From: Magallana gigas
Lineage: Eukaryota
Length of the DNA stretch: 64,000 bases
NCBI RefSeq assembly: GCF_963853765.1
Contig: NC_088853.1
Location: forward strand, 25,916,001-25,980,000
Reading direction: 5' to 3'
Numbering within the stretch: the stretch's first letter is position 1; each line of letters begins with the position of its first letter. Shown here piece by piece: positions 34,176 through 47,968 of the stretch. The position numbers were made by a program, and so were the translations under genes. Below the pieces are notes generated by a model, which was given only the letters and a program-made list of their open reading frames with translations, did no database searches and was not told the DNA's origin.

Positions 34176-35153
34176 TGTAATAGGGTTTATAAATGACAAA
34201 ATTTTTTTTTCATAATTGGTAACATCTGTACTATATTATGCTTCAGTCATATCATTTTGGAAAATCTAAATTTGTAATTGGAAAATAATTAGTTTAATCT
34301 GAACTACGGAAAGTTGCATTCACATATATTAGTAATTTCATCTAGACATCTCCCTTCCCTGAATCTTGGTATCAATGTCATTATTCTTTAATTATTGTCA
34401 AATTAACGGTTAGATCTGAGAAATACGTTTTTTTGATTTATTCATGGTTAGAATTACGGTTTCAAATTTATTTGAAACTTTATAATTAATTCTATTGGTC
34501 AGTTAGGTGAGAGTAGGCGGAGTTGTCAAAGATGAAAAGTGTGCGAGAGAAAAATTCTGTGTTCTTCTATTTTCCGACCTTTGTTAAATTGTATGTAATG
34601 TGAAATACTGATTTTGGGACTTAATAAATTTTGGAAATTTTAAAACGATATTTATTATTCAACATCAAAGTGAATACGTTACATGGTGGAGAATCTAAAT
34701 TAGTTGCAAATTGCAAAAAGAACATTACGCTTTCGGTTTTTCTATTTCCTAGAAGAGACTTTTATTGAAATGCCGAAAGAAGAACCATCCAGGAACAATT
34801 CTTTTATATTTGCTAAATGTGAACCATTTTATGGCTATTCAACGGAGAACGCAGCAAAATTCCTCTCCGCATTCCGTTCCTATTGTACGCTACAGAACCG
34901 TATCGATGACAAGAGAATCATCGCAGCGTTCCACCTGCATTTAAGGTTACCTGCATTGATATGGTTCAATACATTGAACGAGTCGAAAATAATCCTATGG
35001 ACAGTGTTGCAAGGGGCTTTTCAGAATCGATACATATCCAGAGATATTTCTGACCCATCTATCATCGCGGAATCGGCGATATTTGACGCGTTGACACTCC
35101 ATCCAACCATTGCCATTGAGACCTTTCATGGTCAAGCGTTAGAAAAGGGATAA
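34176..35153 (+). mobile_element. Gypsy LTR retrotransposon 5' remnant: LTR, tRNA-Ala-type PBS and gag start
   Basis: TGTAAT (34176)...GTTACA (34683), then TGGTGGAGAAT (34684), then a gag-like ORF (FYGYSTENAAKFLSAF...FHLHLRLPALIWFNTL). The LTR start is inferred from the inverted termini. Confidence 0.7.
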
Positions 35154-36076
35154 TTTAGCTTATGCTCAAGCTTAAGCTCGGAAATTTTTTGACCAAGGTC
35201 AGTCGTGTATCTTTCAACAACAGTGAGATTAAACATCCTGGCTCGCGAATTTCCCTGGTTTTCTGATGGCAAGCTGTGGGTGACGTTTGTTTTTTAAAGC
35301 AATTCCACCGTCCTCTCCCGGGAGCGCCATTTTCGAAGGCCGAAACCCGATGGCGTTTGCATAAACAAGGTGTCCGCTGAAAACGCTGCGCCCTTGAAAC
35401 TCCCATTCCCCTTTTTGAGGCTTCAACGACATTTTAGATATTTTATTTTCAACACATTCAGGGAGAGATGGTTTTCGCCCCTTTATTTGCGTCAATTTCG
35501 CTTCTTTCAGTTACTTTATATTTTGGGGTCATGAAATGTCTCGGCAGCTTTTCTAATGGACATTAGATTTGAACGCACTGCCTGCACGGCTTTAACCACA
35601 TTAGAATAATGGTATTGTTGTAATTTTCGTCCAGCCTCTTACTAGGACCGTTTCTCTTGGGTAATATGATTAAGTTGATATTAGATTTACAGGTCTTTGA
35701 AATAAGACACGCAAAATTTACGGGGCTTGGGTGGGGTGCTGCTGACTTTTTTCCATTTCCATAATAAAAACTAATTTATGGGGAGGGGTTGTTCATAGCA
35801 CCAACGTGTTTTAGAAGCAGTTGATTTTTTATTTCGTTGGTATGGACCCACTAATGTTAGTATGCATTTACTAAAAATTAATAAAAAAAATTAACAAATA
35901 ACAAGAAAAAGGAAGATTTTATTAATATACACGTAATTAATATATTTTAAGAACAACCGCGTGACCTTCCCACAATTGCTTTTTTAGGAATGTGTTCGTT
36001 ATCTGTCTCGAACCCTAAGTTGCATCACTGTGTCGGTCCGGAGTATGGTCTAAACTTGGTAGAATCGTCCTTTGCT

Positions 36077-36322
36077 TTAAAGAATACCAAACCATGTGGC
36101 AAGTTTTCCTCGAATTTTCGCACTATAACTTTTGCATATATTTTTTTTAAGGTAAGCACATCTACTTTTCATCCCTCTGTCTTTAAAAATTGCGACAGCA
36201 TATTTATCAAAATGATTCTCAGGCTTGTTTTTAACGTACAAAATGTCGTCGATTTCTAGGCTTCTTTGACTCCAGTGGTGCATTCCTACAGCATAAATGC
36301 CTTTGATAATAAAGTTTATCAT
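36077..36322 (-). pseudogene. HIRAN-like domain coding fragment
   Basis: GIYAVGMHHWSQRSLEIDDILYVKNKPENHFDKYAVAIF resembles the HIRAN pattern (..EP.N.xD.xAVxV). Confidence 0.55.
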
Positions 36323-38444
36323 TGTTTTCCTGAAATAAGTTTTATGAAAATTTGTATTTTAATCAATATTATGTATCTCGTTATTTCCATATATCGCGCT
36401 TGACCTATCAAAAGATATGATATGCAGATCGATATATTAAACTAGATTTTTTTTTTTATAAAAATCATGCATACTTAAGGGAAAAACTAACTGGAGAACA
36501 CATAGAACTTAACTATTTTAAATCAAATTTATTTTTAAAATTAAAACTTTTATTTGTCCAGAATTTATAACATTGCTTAAATTCTATTCATAATGATTGC
36601 ATTCGGTTATTAGGCTTGTATTTAAACAATATTGTTTTTTCCTTAACATCCCATTCATAACATTGTGGATTCTCGGATCAAGGTAGCCGAATGCAATTAA
36701 AACTGAATCTGAAGTAAATGCATCCTCTTTTTCGGCAACTGAACTATAAATAAGTGGAATGCCGACACTTAAGTTTTGGGAATCATTTTTCCAATTCTTT
36801 TCAATAAGTTCGTAAAGATCACTCAACGTTACTTTGGCTCAAGAATCTAAGAGCGTAAAGTTCACTAAGTGGTCCAGTAAGAACAGGCCCAGGAAATTGA
36901 CAGCACAAAGTGTAAGGCTCATGGCCATAAAACCATATATTATAAAGTTAAGCCATACACTATAGGTTTATGTCCATAATCATTGAGCGTATCTATACAG
37001 TTTTAAATATTATCTTACCTGTTGATCGATCTGCTGCAAGCATGCAAGTGAGAAAACCATCTGGTCATACTTGCACGAATATGAGTTTTACCCATAAGAT
37101 TATTGAACCAGTTTCAAGACTTTCAGTTTAAATCTTGGGACAAATTTCGTTTTGATTCAATTTTGAAATATGAAATAGTGACGTGAAATATACAAGAAAA
37201 CCTTCACAGACTACGTTTTCATTTAGCCTCTGTCACTTCATTAGTTGAGGTTGACTTCGTTGTGAAATAAGTTTGATCTCTTAACCTTAACATTAAACAA
37301 GTAATAGCTTTCCAAAAAGCTTGCCTGACTAAACAAAATTATTCAATGGAAGCATGCATGTGTCAAATAGGCTATCTATTGCGATCTTTTGGAAGAGAAT
37401 TAACACACACGCACACTTGAATAGTACTTGTTTATAATAAGTAATGTATATTAGTTAGACACGCGAGTTATGTACCCTTTTCTAGCTGTGCTCCGTAAAT
37501 TGCAGTTTTTTACTATAGGAGGCACTCTAGCTCCCAGGTCGTCTATCCGAATTTTTTTAAGACCGGGAGCTACAGTCCTGCAGCTAACCCTTTTCAAGAT
37601 GACTGAAATTGCCCAATCGATCGAAATTTGTGTGTGCTTCGATCGGCGATTTAGTTCCCCCAGTAAACAATCCAGCAATGTGAATACGTATTAGTTCTAA
37701 TCCAAACTGATGATTCTTTGGCAATGTCGATAATCCAACACCAATTACTGTACTTACATTGTACCGTAATAGACAATATGTAAGAAATGGTTGCTATGAA
37801 TGTGGCTAATCTATTTGAAAAGAGGGGAAAATCTATAAGCCCGTGACCTGAAACAACCGGAAGCTCCGTGAAGTCAAGTACACAAAAATCGCATACGTCA
37901 TTTAACCTACTTTCTCTTTTAAATAGCAGCCGCGCTCTCGATAAACACCCTATTTGTAAGCGACACTTTCATGTGATGATTTGTAGCTTAAATGGCAGAT
38001 ACAACCGCAGGGTTTGTTATACAAAATGTTCATTCGACGTTGTGTTTCGTCAGAGGAAACACTGAATCAAGTCATCGAAGCGCACTCAATACACACGGAT
38101 GTCAATTTGTGTCATGGTATGCAAAAAGATTTTCAAATCCAAGATGCTAACTTTTAATAACCATGTTTGTTTAGTTTAGTTTTTACAAGATTAATTGAGT
38201 ATTTTTTTATCTGATCATAATTTCTGTCTGATGAGAATTTAAAAAAACGTAACTAAATTGCACGACTGTGTCCGTACGTACAACAGCTAAACAGCTTATT
38301 TATTGTATTGCTTTTTCTAATCAAATCATTAAAAAATTATTTGTACTTATTCATCACGTTAATATTATTATCGGAAGCCTATAGCTAACATATCATTTAA
38401 TAATATTTGAGGAAAAGAATTCTTGTGCAACAAGTTAGAACAAT

Positions 38445-38810
38445 ATGGCTCTGAATTTATCTCTTACCCAAACTAACTCTGACGCGGACTTGAGGGAAGC
38501 CAACAATATCATACGTACTTACAATGAGGCCCTCACCCAAAACTTACAAAATAGACAGGAAAAGAAATTCGTCCGTGATAATGTCAGTTTGAAATCCAAC
38601 AGCAGGACAAATAACATTACTAACGTGTCTCGGAAGTAAACCAAAGCAGTAGACTCTTTGTACGGTAAACATTTCCAACCACAGACGGGGAAAATTCTAA
38701 CGCTAAGGTTTGTCCTGTACTGAACGTTTCTAGTGTATCTCTTACCGAATCTGAAACATCACTACTTTCCAAAGACTCAACTTTTGCCCTACACCCCGGT
38801 GTTAAAAGAG
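38445..38810 (+). pseudogene. Penelope-like retroelement N-terminal remnant
   Basis: VLNVSSVSLTESETSLLSK at ~38715-38775 matches the PLE motif V.NLS..xLT.xE.xLLSKGL; preceded by RQEKKFVRD. Confidence 0.6.
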
Positions 38811-40108
38811 AGATTATTTGAGCATGTTGAGACATAGGAATTTGTCCAGTATTAAATTTTCCTGCCTGCACGAAAATAAAACTGGGGTAAATATTTCACT
38901 GTATACAGTGGTCCCCATCTTAATTATGTATAATTCATTTTAAAGTAGAAGGCATTTTTTTCTAGAAGCATCAAATCTTTAACTAATACTGTATTTTCTT
39001 TATTATTCAAGGTCCATATATAGCAGTTACTATACTTGTAAAGATCTGAAAAACAACATTCTGGAGCTGTTAAAAGAGTATTAAATGTAAGTACATATGT
39101 ACGAGCTATCAAAAGCTATTGGTAAATTGCCAAAACTTACATCTTGTTTTTATGCAATCAAATTTTAAGAGCTCAATATTGATGTTATCAGTTTGATTTT
39201 GACATATCTACGGTATTTCTTTTTTACTTTTTATCTTAAAAATTGCACATTTTGTTTATAATTGTTTGCTCTGTTGATTTTATTAATAATAAAAATTATT
39301 TTATTTCAATTGTCATTCATTATTTACAGAATTGGCATGCACTATATGACCCATGTTTTAATGAAGGAGGCCTTAGTTCTTTGTGTCTCAGAACAGGACT
39401 GTCATTAGAAGAGGCAGAAACAATATGCAAAGAAAGCAAGACATCAATTAGGAGGCTATTGAAGAAAAATAAATAATTAGGTCCGTGTTCAGTGCACTTT
39501 ATTCAAGATGGACAGTCTGAATGGACAAGTTGGAAAATATTACATGCAATATGTCTTGAGAAATGGTTTTGAAAAAAGTTTATATAGTGTATGTATATAT
39601 ATGTGTATTGTTTGTTATGGTTTTGCCAAGAGTAGTATATAATAACGTAAACATTTCTCAGTAAATAGATAAGATATGTACTGATAAATCCACATTGAAT
39701 GTTGATATGTACAAAACTGTATAACTTATCTGATCCAGGGGCCCCTTGCAACCCTAGGTGACGATATATCCAAGGGTCTCTGGGGAGATTTTACTTCACT
39801 TGTTAAGTAATTTATTGGATACAAAAAAGTAAACATTTCCAAAAGGCATACCTTTTTAATGTTGATTTTATTACTCTTTTTGTGTTAAGCTCCCTTCCAA
39901 ATTAGAGATTGTATTCAGCTCATATGCAGTTCGTCAATTTTACTTGAAAAAAAATGTAAACACTTACTTCCTTGTTGTTTCAATCTTGTTTAAATAAATA
40001 AAACTAAGTATTTCATAAACATTAGGTCTTACTGAATTCACTGAGCCTCACATATATAGTACTGTATAAGGTAGATAAGTTCACGGGCCTCATATAGAAG
40101 AGAAATTA

Positions 40109-40227
40109 CTTAGACTGCAAATGCTGCTTAACGGAATAAAACGGCAACAAAAGTCTCACCAACCTAGTAGAAAACTTATCACCACCAAAATCTTACACGA
40201 CATGGTAACATCACTTCAACAAGGGCA
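40109..40227 (+). pseudogene. DIRS/Ngaro-type tyrosine recombinase fragment
   Basis: LRLQMLLNGIKRQQKSHQPSRKLITTKILHDMVTSLQQG resembles the L.GIKR....R.PIT...L motif. Confidence 0.5.
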
Positions 40228-40957
40228 CCGCTAAGCGGAGCATCCCCTCGCGACATGATTTATTGTGTGTAAGGATGTATTATTTAGGAATATATAGTTA
40301 TGTTAATGATAAGACCACATTCTACTAACCCTCTATTACTGCAAAACCTACATTTTCTTTACCTGTACTAGATCTAATTCCAAAAAATATCAAGTTGTTG
40401 ATTTAACTGCTTACTTTCGAAGTGAAGCGGACGATTGATAACTCTTACTCAGAAAGTTCGATTGATAAGTTGATTATGACATTGATTTAGTGAAATAATA
40501 ATTTGTAATAGTATTAATGGTTTGGAAAGGCACATGCTTTTTTTTATTTTTTATTTCACAGAAATGTGCAATCTATGATAAATATTTTTAGTTTTGAACG
40601 AATTTTGTCATTATATATGAACCCCCCCTCCTCTACAATGGTTTAATTTTATCTAAGTTTTTGCATAAAAAAATTGACCAATTAATATGATGTTGCATTT
40701 GTTTTAATCTTTTACGTTGAGGCATACATGTGCAAAGGTTAAGGAAATTCCATTGGAAGTTTTTTTTTTAAATTTACTAGAAAATTGAGATCATGCCGAG
40801 AAATCCTCCGTGTAGGAGAACCGTTAGCAATTGGTAATTATATGAATATGTCAAAGTATTATGACTTGTCTATTAGTTTGTTGTGATTTTGCCGCCATTC
40901 TTATTTAACGTGTTCTGCGTGAACCCGGTGTTTTTTATTGACTTTGCCATCCAAATA

Positions 40958-41217
40958 TGGTGTCAGAAGGGAATATAAATTAAAAATGTCGAAGTTTATT
41001 CCACCAGAAAACTTTTAGTTCACCAGGCCGACCGAATGACCAGAATGGAAACAGAGATTCACTCGATTCCAGATAGCAACGAAGCTCACGGAGGAGGACG
41101 AGGAAATCCAGATAAGTTCCTTAATTTATGCCATGGGACCACAAGCAGAAGGGATATTCAAATCATTTGCATTCTCTAATGGTGATGAGAGGAAATATAA
41201 GAAAGTTCTGGAGAAAG
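40958..41217 (+). mobile_element. Gypsy remnant: tRNA-Leu-type PBS plus gag N-terminus
   Basis: TGGTGTCAGAAG at 40958; ATG at 40986: MSKFIPPENF*FTRPTE*PEWKQRFTRFQIATKLTEEDEEIQISSLIYAMGPQAEGIFKSF. Confidence 0.8.
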
Positions 41218-41607
41218 ACAAATTGATAATAAGAGACAGTGTTTATCAGCAGTAAACAATATATAGAATTAAACACAATCATAATTTTAATATTTAATTC
41301 AATATGAAACGAGAAAAAAAAATATTTCTAAACTTAAATTTTTAATTAAAATTCAAAACTTTTCAAGAATTAGGTGACCTGAATCATACTTTGTTTTAAG
41401 GATTTTTTTTAATCTGCAGTACCTTAGTGTACATTTGATCAATGAAGGATAACCATAAATAACACAAATAAAACAAAAATGCGTTTTTGTAACAGTGGAG
41501 ATTATTTTGACTTTAAAAAAAATTATTCAGGTTTTTACTCTTCAAATGAACTTTAACTCGACGCCATTGTGGCCCTTCAGGCCTTTGATTTTGTACCTGG
41601 AAGGAAT

Positions 41608-42972
41608 ATTTATACCCCCGCAAACGAAGTTTAGGGGGGTATATTGGTTTCACCCTGTCCATCTGTCTGTCCGTCCGTCTGTCCGTCTGTCTGTAGACGC
41701 AACTTTGTCCCCCCTATAGAATTTTTTATTACTGCATGGAACAGTTTGAAAATTTGTACATATGTTGAACACCATCTGAAGATGTGCACCTGCAATTTTT
41801 GTTAAGATCAGACAAGATTTAATGATTTTAAAACAGTTTTCATTTCCCTTATTCTATATATTGTACACTAAAGTTGAAAAGTAAGGGAGGTAATCCTTAC
41901 AGATTTTATTAATTAATTAATAGAAAACACTCTAAAATATATTTATATAAATACATCCAGATGGAGTTTTTTGTCTTTATGTCTTAATTAATAAACAAAT
42001 TTTATTTTTTATAAGTATTATATCAACTGACAATGCAAAGTTTTTGTTTGTCAATGATAAATTCTTAGGAGCTAATAAGAACATCAAAGACAAGTGTGGC
42101 TGAATTCATTTGTCCCAAGGGAGCCTTTATCTGAGCCATGGTTCAGATGGAGCATGTGTATAGGGGAAATTGATAATCTGTAAAATGGGTGATGGTTTTG
42201 GGGCTATTTTAAAACTGTTTCATGTAAACCAAAAGGTCTATCAGTATAAGGAAATAAATAATATAATTATTGATAAAGAAGTTAAACTATTTTTAGAGGT
42301 TGTTTAAATTTATTTGTCAAGTAAATTGATGAAGTGACCCTATTGGGCATTAATTTAAATGAAATTCAAAATTACTGATATGATTGTAGTGTTTTGGCAA
42401 TTTTAAAATTGTTTGTAATATTAAATTTTCTTTTTTTACATATTTTTACATAGTATGGTAATTATGGTAATGTTTTGGGAGTTTATTAAATTTAACAAGT
42501 TCATCAAAGAAAATCATAGTCCTATGGGATCAATTTTCTGATATGGAGTTCCATTGTGCCATAGGAGAAAGTGAGGAAAATTTGAAACAACTAATTGCAT
42601 CTGTCAAGACTCTTATTAGAAAGATATTGAAAGTTTTATCAACAGAGGAGATTGCTTGGCTACCGGTATTTCTATTCACTGCAAAGGGAGGGGTTATTGT
42701 CATTTTGTTGGTTTTTCTTTAAATGAATTAAATTAAAAAAATATATCATCAAATACATACATTTGTAAATGTATTACTGTTATAGATATGTATTTACAGT
42801 GAAATTCTGACAATTTTGATTTTAATTTTTCTTTGTTAACTAACTTTTTTTTTTACAATTCTAGAAATTTTTTTTTGTATGTGTTCCAAACCTTTATTAT
42901 TCAATTCAATTATTTGTCCCATTTGAAATTAGCCTAGCGGGGGTATTAGTCCCATTAGGACAGTTCTAGTTT
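41608..42972 (+). mobile_element. Non-autonomous Helentron/pearl-like element; a partial second copy lies at 53458-54189
   Basis: tttatacccccgcaaacgaagtttaggggggt start, (CCGT/CTGT)n, and end gcgggggtattagtcccattaggacagttctagttt. Segment 41637-42392 aligns by eye with 53458-54189. Confidence 0.75.
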
Positions 42973-43164
42973 GAAACAAAATATGCAAGATGTAATGTCT
43001 TTTTTAAACTACATGCATCATGTTGAACTAAGTTAGAATGTCATGTAGATTGACTTTTTCTACTGTTATTTACATTTACAAAGTGTTATATCGCTGTTAT
43101 ATATTTGTAATCAATGTTATACCTCTGACAATATATTTTGAATTTTAACAAACCTCTGTGTTGC

Positions 43165-44173
43165 TTCCTATTGCCTTTTAAATCGAGCAACTAAAACAAA
43201 CTTTTTTCCCTTTATGTCGAGTCCTCTGCCTGAGAGTTCATCTTTTAGCTGGCTTTTTGTAAGGCTCTCAACATTCACATAACGGCGGTCTCTTTGATCA
43301 CTAAGAACATTGGCTAACTGCATTTTATAAATAACTGTTCTCAAGTCATCTCCTTATATAAAAAATAATTCAAAATAAATCAAATAGCTAGCAAAGCCAT
43401 CTGTTATCATCAGATAAGTTACAAATGTAAGAAATGTTTGATTTGGAGAGAAAAATAAAAATTGTAATAATAGATTACACAATCTTACCATTTGGCTGCG
43501 ACCACTTCTTGACTTTTATATTCAACTTGTCGTCCCCTTTCTCTACCCATATCTTATAGGAAACACCTATCCTTCTAAGCTCTTTACAAAGATCATCTTC
43601 AGTTTTCTGGTCAATGGACCACGTTACAACCTAACAATAAACAAGGTGCATTACATGTATTATTATCTATAATTAATTACACTTATGCATGAATGTATTT
43701 TCACTGCCTTAAATTACAGGAACATTTGGTATCGGTCTTGATAAAGTCAAACCTTTAATAACTCAGTGCATTTTGATCATCAGAATATAACAAATTATTC
43801 TGCTACCTGTTTAAAAAAAGTTTTTGAGAAATCCTAATCCGAAGATGAAGGTTATCAACAGGCATGTCATCATAAGGAATGAATGGACATAAGTCTTTTT
43901 CCTTGTATCCAAAGGTGTTTTCTGACAAGTTCCTCACTTGTTCTAATTGGCATCTTTGAATTGGGCATGAGGGAACTAAAATTGAAATGGAACTTTGTAA
44001 TGTAATGTAAAAGTTTTAAGAATTGTACAATTTTAGAATGATAATGTTATTTACTTACTACTGAAATCACATATCTGTTTCTTAGAGCAGTGGCACCACA
44101 TACAAAAGTACTGACACTGGGCCCATTGATCCCTCTTATTATTGAAAGTGTTTTCCAATCACATGTAATAATC
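43165..44173 (-). pseudogene. Intron-split Transib/Chapaev/RAG1-like DDE transposase remnant with an inserted SAP motif
   Basis: Four GT-AG-bounded exons (44173-44059, 43975-43807, 43630-43489, 43352-~43165) give IITCDWKTLSIIRGINGPS/YFCMWCHCSKKQICDFS|IPSCPIQR...PFIPYDDMPVDNLHLRIRISQKL|VVTW...KELRRIGVSYKIW...KWSQPN|GDDLR...VESLTKSQLKDELSGRGLDIKGKK. At least 3 frameshifts. Confidence 0.72.
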
Positions 44174-44859
44174 CTTGAAAATTTCAAAATTTGGTGACTT
44201 AATATCATGAAAATATGACTTTAAAACAGCAAATTATGGACAATGTTACAATAAACTCTCATTAGCAACTGTTCCTCATGTTAATATTAAAAGAAAATTC
44301 AAATTTATAGATAATTTACCATTTTAATTTACCACTGAGAGAATAAATCTAGTGATTAAAATTATCTACTTTGATATAGTTGTTTGATTTTCCCGGTTAG
44401 AAGTAATTTTTAAAAAATTTCCATGGGGACTTATTTTACATAATATACCGTTTTGTCAATTTTCTACAATTATGAAGGCCGGGATTGAGTAAAATTTAGA
44501 CAAAGTATCGGACAATTCCAAAAAAGTCGAACTAACATAGATTGTAAGAACTAATTCAAACTCATAAATTTTGGAAGCATATTCGAGGAAATCCAGGACA
44601 ATTACAAATTCAAACTTTCAAAACCCCGTCTTTCAGTACTCTCAGTACCTTGATTAAAGAAGAATTACACACGTGCATGATGTTCATCAACTCCTAATCA
44701 CTGTGTTTTACATAACATATAACCTTTTTATCAGTTGTGAATGTAAGTGCCGACACATTAAACATGCATTTGTTAATCCTTTTTGTGAAAATCTTGATAT
44801 TGCTTGTTCCCATTGTCTGCCCTGTTTAGGAGAAAGCAACTTTTAAACCTTAGAACGCC

Positions 44860-45268
44860 CGGCAATAAATTTGGTTAAATGATATAATACAAGTGAAAAC
44901 TGTCAATGTGACAGCAAACCGGGTTTTCTTTTATGTGAACTGTATCCATAATCCATGTCAACCCGTATCCAGTGAAATGGATAAGGTGAAAGGGTACCCT
45001 ATATGGCGTATATGCAATATTTTGCCCAAAAAAATGACTAAGTTCAAAAGCTGGTATTTTTTTCCATAAATTATCTGAAATCAAAATCCTAGCAATATGC
45101 ACACCTCTGATATATGTACAATTGATCTGCAAAAGAACAACTTCCTATCTTGAAAACTGTACGAGGAGTTATCCGTACAATGAGGGTACCCTTTTGGTAG
45201 CCGCCCGCCCGCCCGCCATTTTCACCATTTTAATAACCGAATTTTTCCGTTGGAAAACCCGGTTAACA
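44860..45268 (+). mobile_element. Non-autonomous Helentron-like fragment
   Basis: aatacaag...aaaccgggttttc start, (CCGC)n microsatellite, end ttttccgttggaaaacccggttaacaag. Confidence 0.45.
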
Positions 45269-45429
45269 AGTATTCTTTAAAATACACGTGGTTTAAAGAA
45301 TGTGAATATTAATTGCACGTACGACTTAACATTTGGCGTAGAACTTACAAAAGGATAACTCGTACAACTGTTTTCTTTATATGTATATAAAATCAAAGTC
45401 GAATATTGTACGTACAACTAGAAAAATAC

Positions 45430-47600
45430 CTTGACTTCCATTTTACTGCAAAGACACTATAATAAACCATGAAGGTCCAATTTGGCATGATGCTCACACA
45501 AGAGCAAAGCACTGGAGGCTGAAGAAACATAAATTAGTCATGATCAATTCATAAGATCCTGACAAATAAAAGCTGCTGAATGCTTGACCACAAGACATTA
45601 TACTGAGTATAACCAGAAAGCAAGCAGCAAATTAGAAAATCAAGGGACAGCAAAAGTAAGAGTGCGCAATTCAAAGCCAAGGATGGGCGTCGCAGAGGTC
45701 CTGGCCATAGGGGATGGAGCAGCCCTCCAAGTATTTGAGAAGTCAAACAAGAACACAGATCAGCAAGACAGGAAAATGCATTCTGAAGGATGTGGCCTAA
45801 GCCATAGAGACCACAGGACCCATCATGCAACTCCGCCCGAGAACTGCATGCACAGTGCTTGAGAAGGACAACCCTAGCAAACAGGAGTAGAACTCCTACA
45901 GAATGCTCCACATGGGGAAGACGTGTGAGATGTTCAACACTGCCTACCAGCAGCACAAACTACTGAGTCTTAATGCACTACTACCTTGAGATTGACTTTG
46001 AAGCTTAACAACAAAAGGGAGTCTGCTGGAAGGAGACCCTTAAATGCCGGTACTGCAATTTCCGTACAGGACAAAATAACCTGTACGAAGAAATGCAGAC
46101 AAACAACCGGTGTCCAAAGACTGCTAAACCAAACATAAGCCTATGGGTAGCCTTAATGGACAATCCAATAATGGGGACCAGCCTACAAGAAATATTCCTG
46201 GCCCTCAACTGTCCAGCCCCATTCTACACTGGACTGCAACGCAATGGGGGTAAGGTTGGTCCCAGGATGGTGGCCATGGTAAAAGAAGACTTGAGACGTG
46301 AAAGAACCTACGAGAAGGACACTCTAGAAAAGTGCGGATGCCCACGCCTCACACCCATACCAGTTGAAGGTGACGGCCGCTACAACAACCCACTGTACTG
46401 GTCTCGGGACAAGAATCCATTCCAGCTTGCAACACACAGTACTTACACCAGAAGTGAAAATGTTACCTCTGATAAAAAAGAATCATAGGTGTCACTGCAA
46501 AAAACAAGCTTTGCCGTAAGCGTACAAAGGGGAGCAAGTGCCAAGAGCATCCAGGAAAATGCTCAGCGTCCCTAACAATGGATGCACCCATCGGCTGTGA
46601 ACACATCGCCACCGACGAAATCTGTCAAGACTTCCTTACAGACAGAGAAGCCACCCTCATTAGCCATATGACTACAGACGGAGACAGCGCTGCATTCCAC
46701 GGTGTGCTGAAAGCAATGAGGGAACATGGAAGGACCGTGGAAGCCCTGAGAGATACCCGGCACCTTGCCCTGTCCCAGAAGAAGGCGGCGGACAATGCAA
46801 AATTTAGCCAGAACATGTTCCCCTGGAGGACCGCCCCTGATAGGCAGGCCAAAAAAGAAAATTTTCAGTAGACCTAATGAAGAGGTGCACAGCTGAGTAT
46901 GATATAGCACAGAAAAAAATCTGCGGGGATTTAGAAAAGCTGATCCATACCCTAAGCTTTGCAACAGATGCCATAGTTGAGTGCTAGTCGGGCCAATGCG
47001 GCAGTACTTGCACAGAACACTCACTCGTTTGCAGCGGCCTACCTACAGACTGCTGGCCAAAGGAGTACCTACCACCAAACTCAAGGACCTTTAACCCCAC
47101 CCTGGAGGATTAAAAGACCATACGCCGCCTCGTGGACTTCCGGTTTAGCAGGAGTACCATCACCACTACCAGATATGGTACAAATACTCAGAAGTCTGAG
47201 GCACTTCATAGAGGATACTCTAAATCCAATCCAAAGAATGTTACCTGTGCTGTGAGCTTTGAGCCCCCAATCTATTCTGCCATCCACCGGATGAACCATG
47301 GTCCTGGGAAATCCACCGTCCTAAAGTGTGCTGCCTTTGGTGCTCTCCTGCCTGAAGATACCCGGGTGACGAGACAACTAAAAAGAAAACGGGAGATATA
47401 CATAACAGACAAGAAGAGGAAAAAATCATCCGTGTACCGCACAAGAAGACGGGCCTTCGTCAAGGAGAATTTCGAGATGTACTTCCGAAAAAAAACTGGT
47501 ACCGAGGCTGGATATTCCAAGGGAATGAGTGATCCCCCATACCAAAGAGTGTCACTAAGAACAAAAGTGAACACTCGTACAACAAGCAACAAAAGTGACT
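45430..47600 (+). pseudogene. KolobokP-like DDD/E transposase (Mutator-like family), degenerate
   Basis: Fragments IPVEGDGRYNN (D at 46372), MTTDGDS (D at 46677), LRDTRH, NTQKSEALH..SKSNPKN (E at 47198) and a C-terminal EHSY. Multiple stops and frameshifts. Confidence 0.75.
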
Positions 47601-47605
47601 TACCT

Positions 47606-47968
47606 CTACCGCTCAAAAAGACAATCAGGATAGCCGGCATGTTTTATCATTGACATGTGCTCTCTCTAGACTTAAGTGTAATGGATTTATGCAGAGTGAA
47701 TTGTGACATATGTGTGAAATATGTTTATCATGTGGAATATGTAATGTATTTGTGTGCAACATGTACAAAAATCTGTGTGCCAGGAAAACATTTCTTGTGT
47801 TGTCAGGTAATGTAATTTTGACCCTACCATACTTTGATTATTCCCCCTCCTCCGACAATTTGTAGCTAAACTGTTGTAAAAACAATCACACCCCAAACTA
47901 TTCACCCTTCCCCTATCAACTTTTTCTAATAAAACTTCTAATTTCACTCGTCTCCATTCAGCATCCAT
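47606..47968 (-). pseudogene. His-Me finger (homing-type) endonuclease, convergent with the transposase
   Basis: MDAEWRRVKLEVLLEKVDRG..LGC / SKYGRVKI..FLAHRFLYML...HISHICHNSLCINPLHLSLERAHVN (motif 47717-47664) / HAGYPDCLF. Two frameshifts, so the motif is hidden from the ORF track. Confidence 0.85.

Noticed and set aside
45230-45430. Left long terminal direct repeat for the KolobokP-like element
   Set aside because: No similarity to the sequence after 47992 was found by eye.
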